Assembly (NCBI GenBank): GCA_051294905.1
Contig: CM119373.1
Span: 3,164,001-3,228,000 of the forward strand
Direction of reading: 5' to 3'
Length of the DNA: 64,000 nucleotides
From: Botryllus schlosseri
Taxonomy: Eukaryota
The notes beneath the pieces were generated by a model. That model was given only the letters and a program-made list of their open reading frames with translations. It was not told the origin of the DNA and did not search any database. Numbering within the stretch: the stretch's first letter is position 1; the number at the start of each line of letters is the position of its first letter. The position numbers were made by a program, and so were the translations under genes. Below are positions 63,834-64,000 of the stretch, one piece after another.

Positions 63834-64000
63834 CTGCAGGTGTATAAGATTTAATCATGCGATATCGAAATCAGCGTATAGCGTAGCGTTCGCCTGTTCA
63901 GTATTATAGTAAAACGCTATTGCCGTGCGAATATAGAAACGATTCCAGACAGCGTTATTGTTACAGCAGAACGAGGTGGCGAAGTAAAAGCGGCCTATAT

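Overview
Eukaryotic (metazoan; an invertebrate such as an ascidian is plausible but this is inference) genomic window, AT-rich and dominated by nested transposable elements. One host gene can be reconstructed by hand on the minus strand from phase-compatible GT-AG exons spread over ~42 kb (63833->21351): an unassigned exon, two near-duplicate EGF exons, a sushi/CCP exon and a four-exon von Willebrand A domain with a degenerate MIDAS motif; its 5' end is not identified in the window. Its introns hold stacks of elements. The most informative is an 11.1-kb ISL2EU-type (PIF/Harbinger-related) DNA transposon (45510-56608; 22-bp TIRs, AT target duplication) with convergent, decayed genes for a THAP-HTH-DDE transposase and a SWIM-zinc-finger/YqaJ exonuclease; it splits an RTE-like LINE exactly in frame and itself carries four further layers of hAT-type insertions. 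Also present: two copies of a composite non-autonomous hAT element, a Foldback-like element with a 47-unit 21/24-bp array, a piggyBac-like TTAA element, an EnSpm/CACTA-like element and a separate EnSpm-like gene fragment, a candidate miniature LTR element, a Penelope GIY-YIG fragment with a hammerhead-like motif, a CR1/L2-type LINE tail, three tRNA-derived SINE families, many hAT-type MITEs with 8-bp TSDs, and a 60-bp minisatellite. No CRISPR, rRNA or bona fide tRNA gene was found. All calls were made by eye; no database searches were run.
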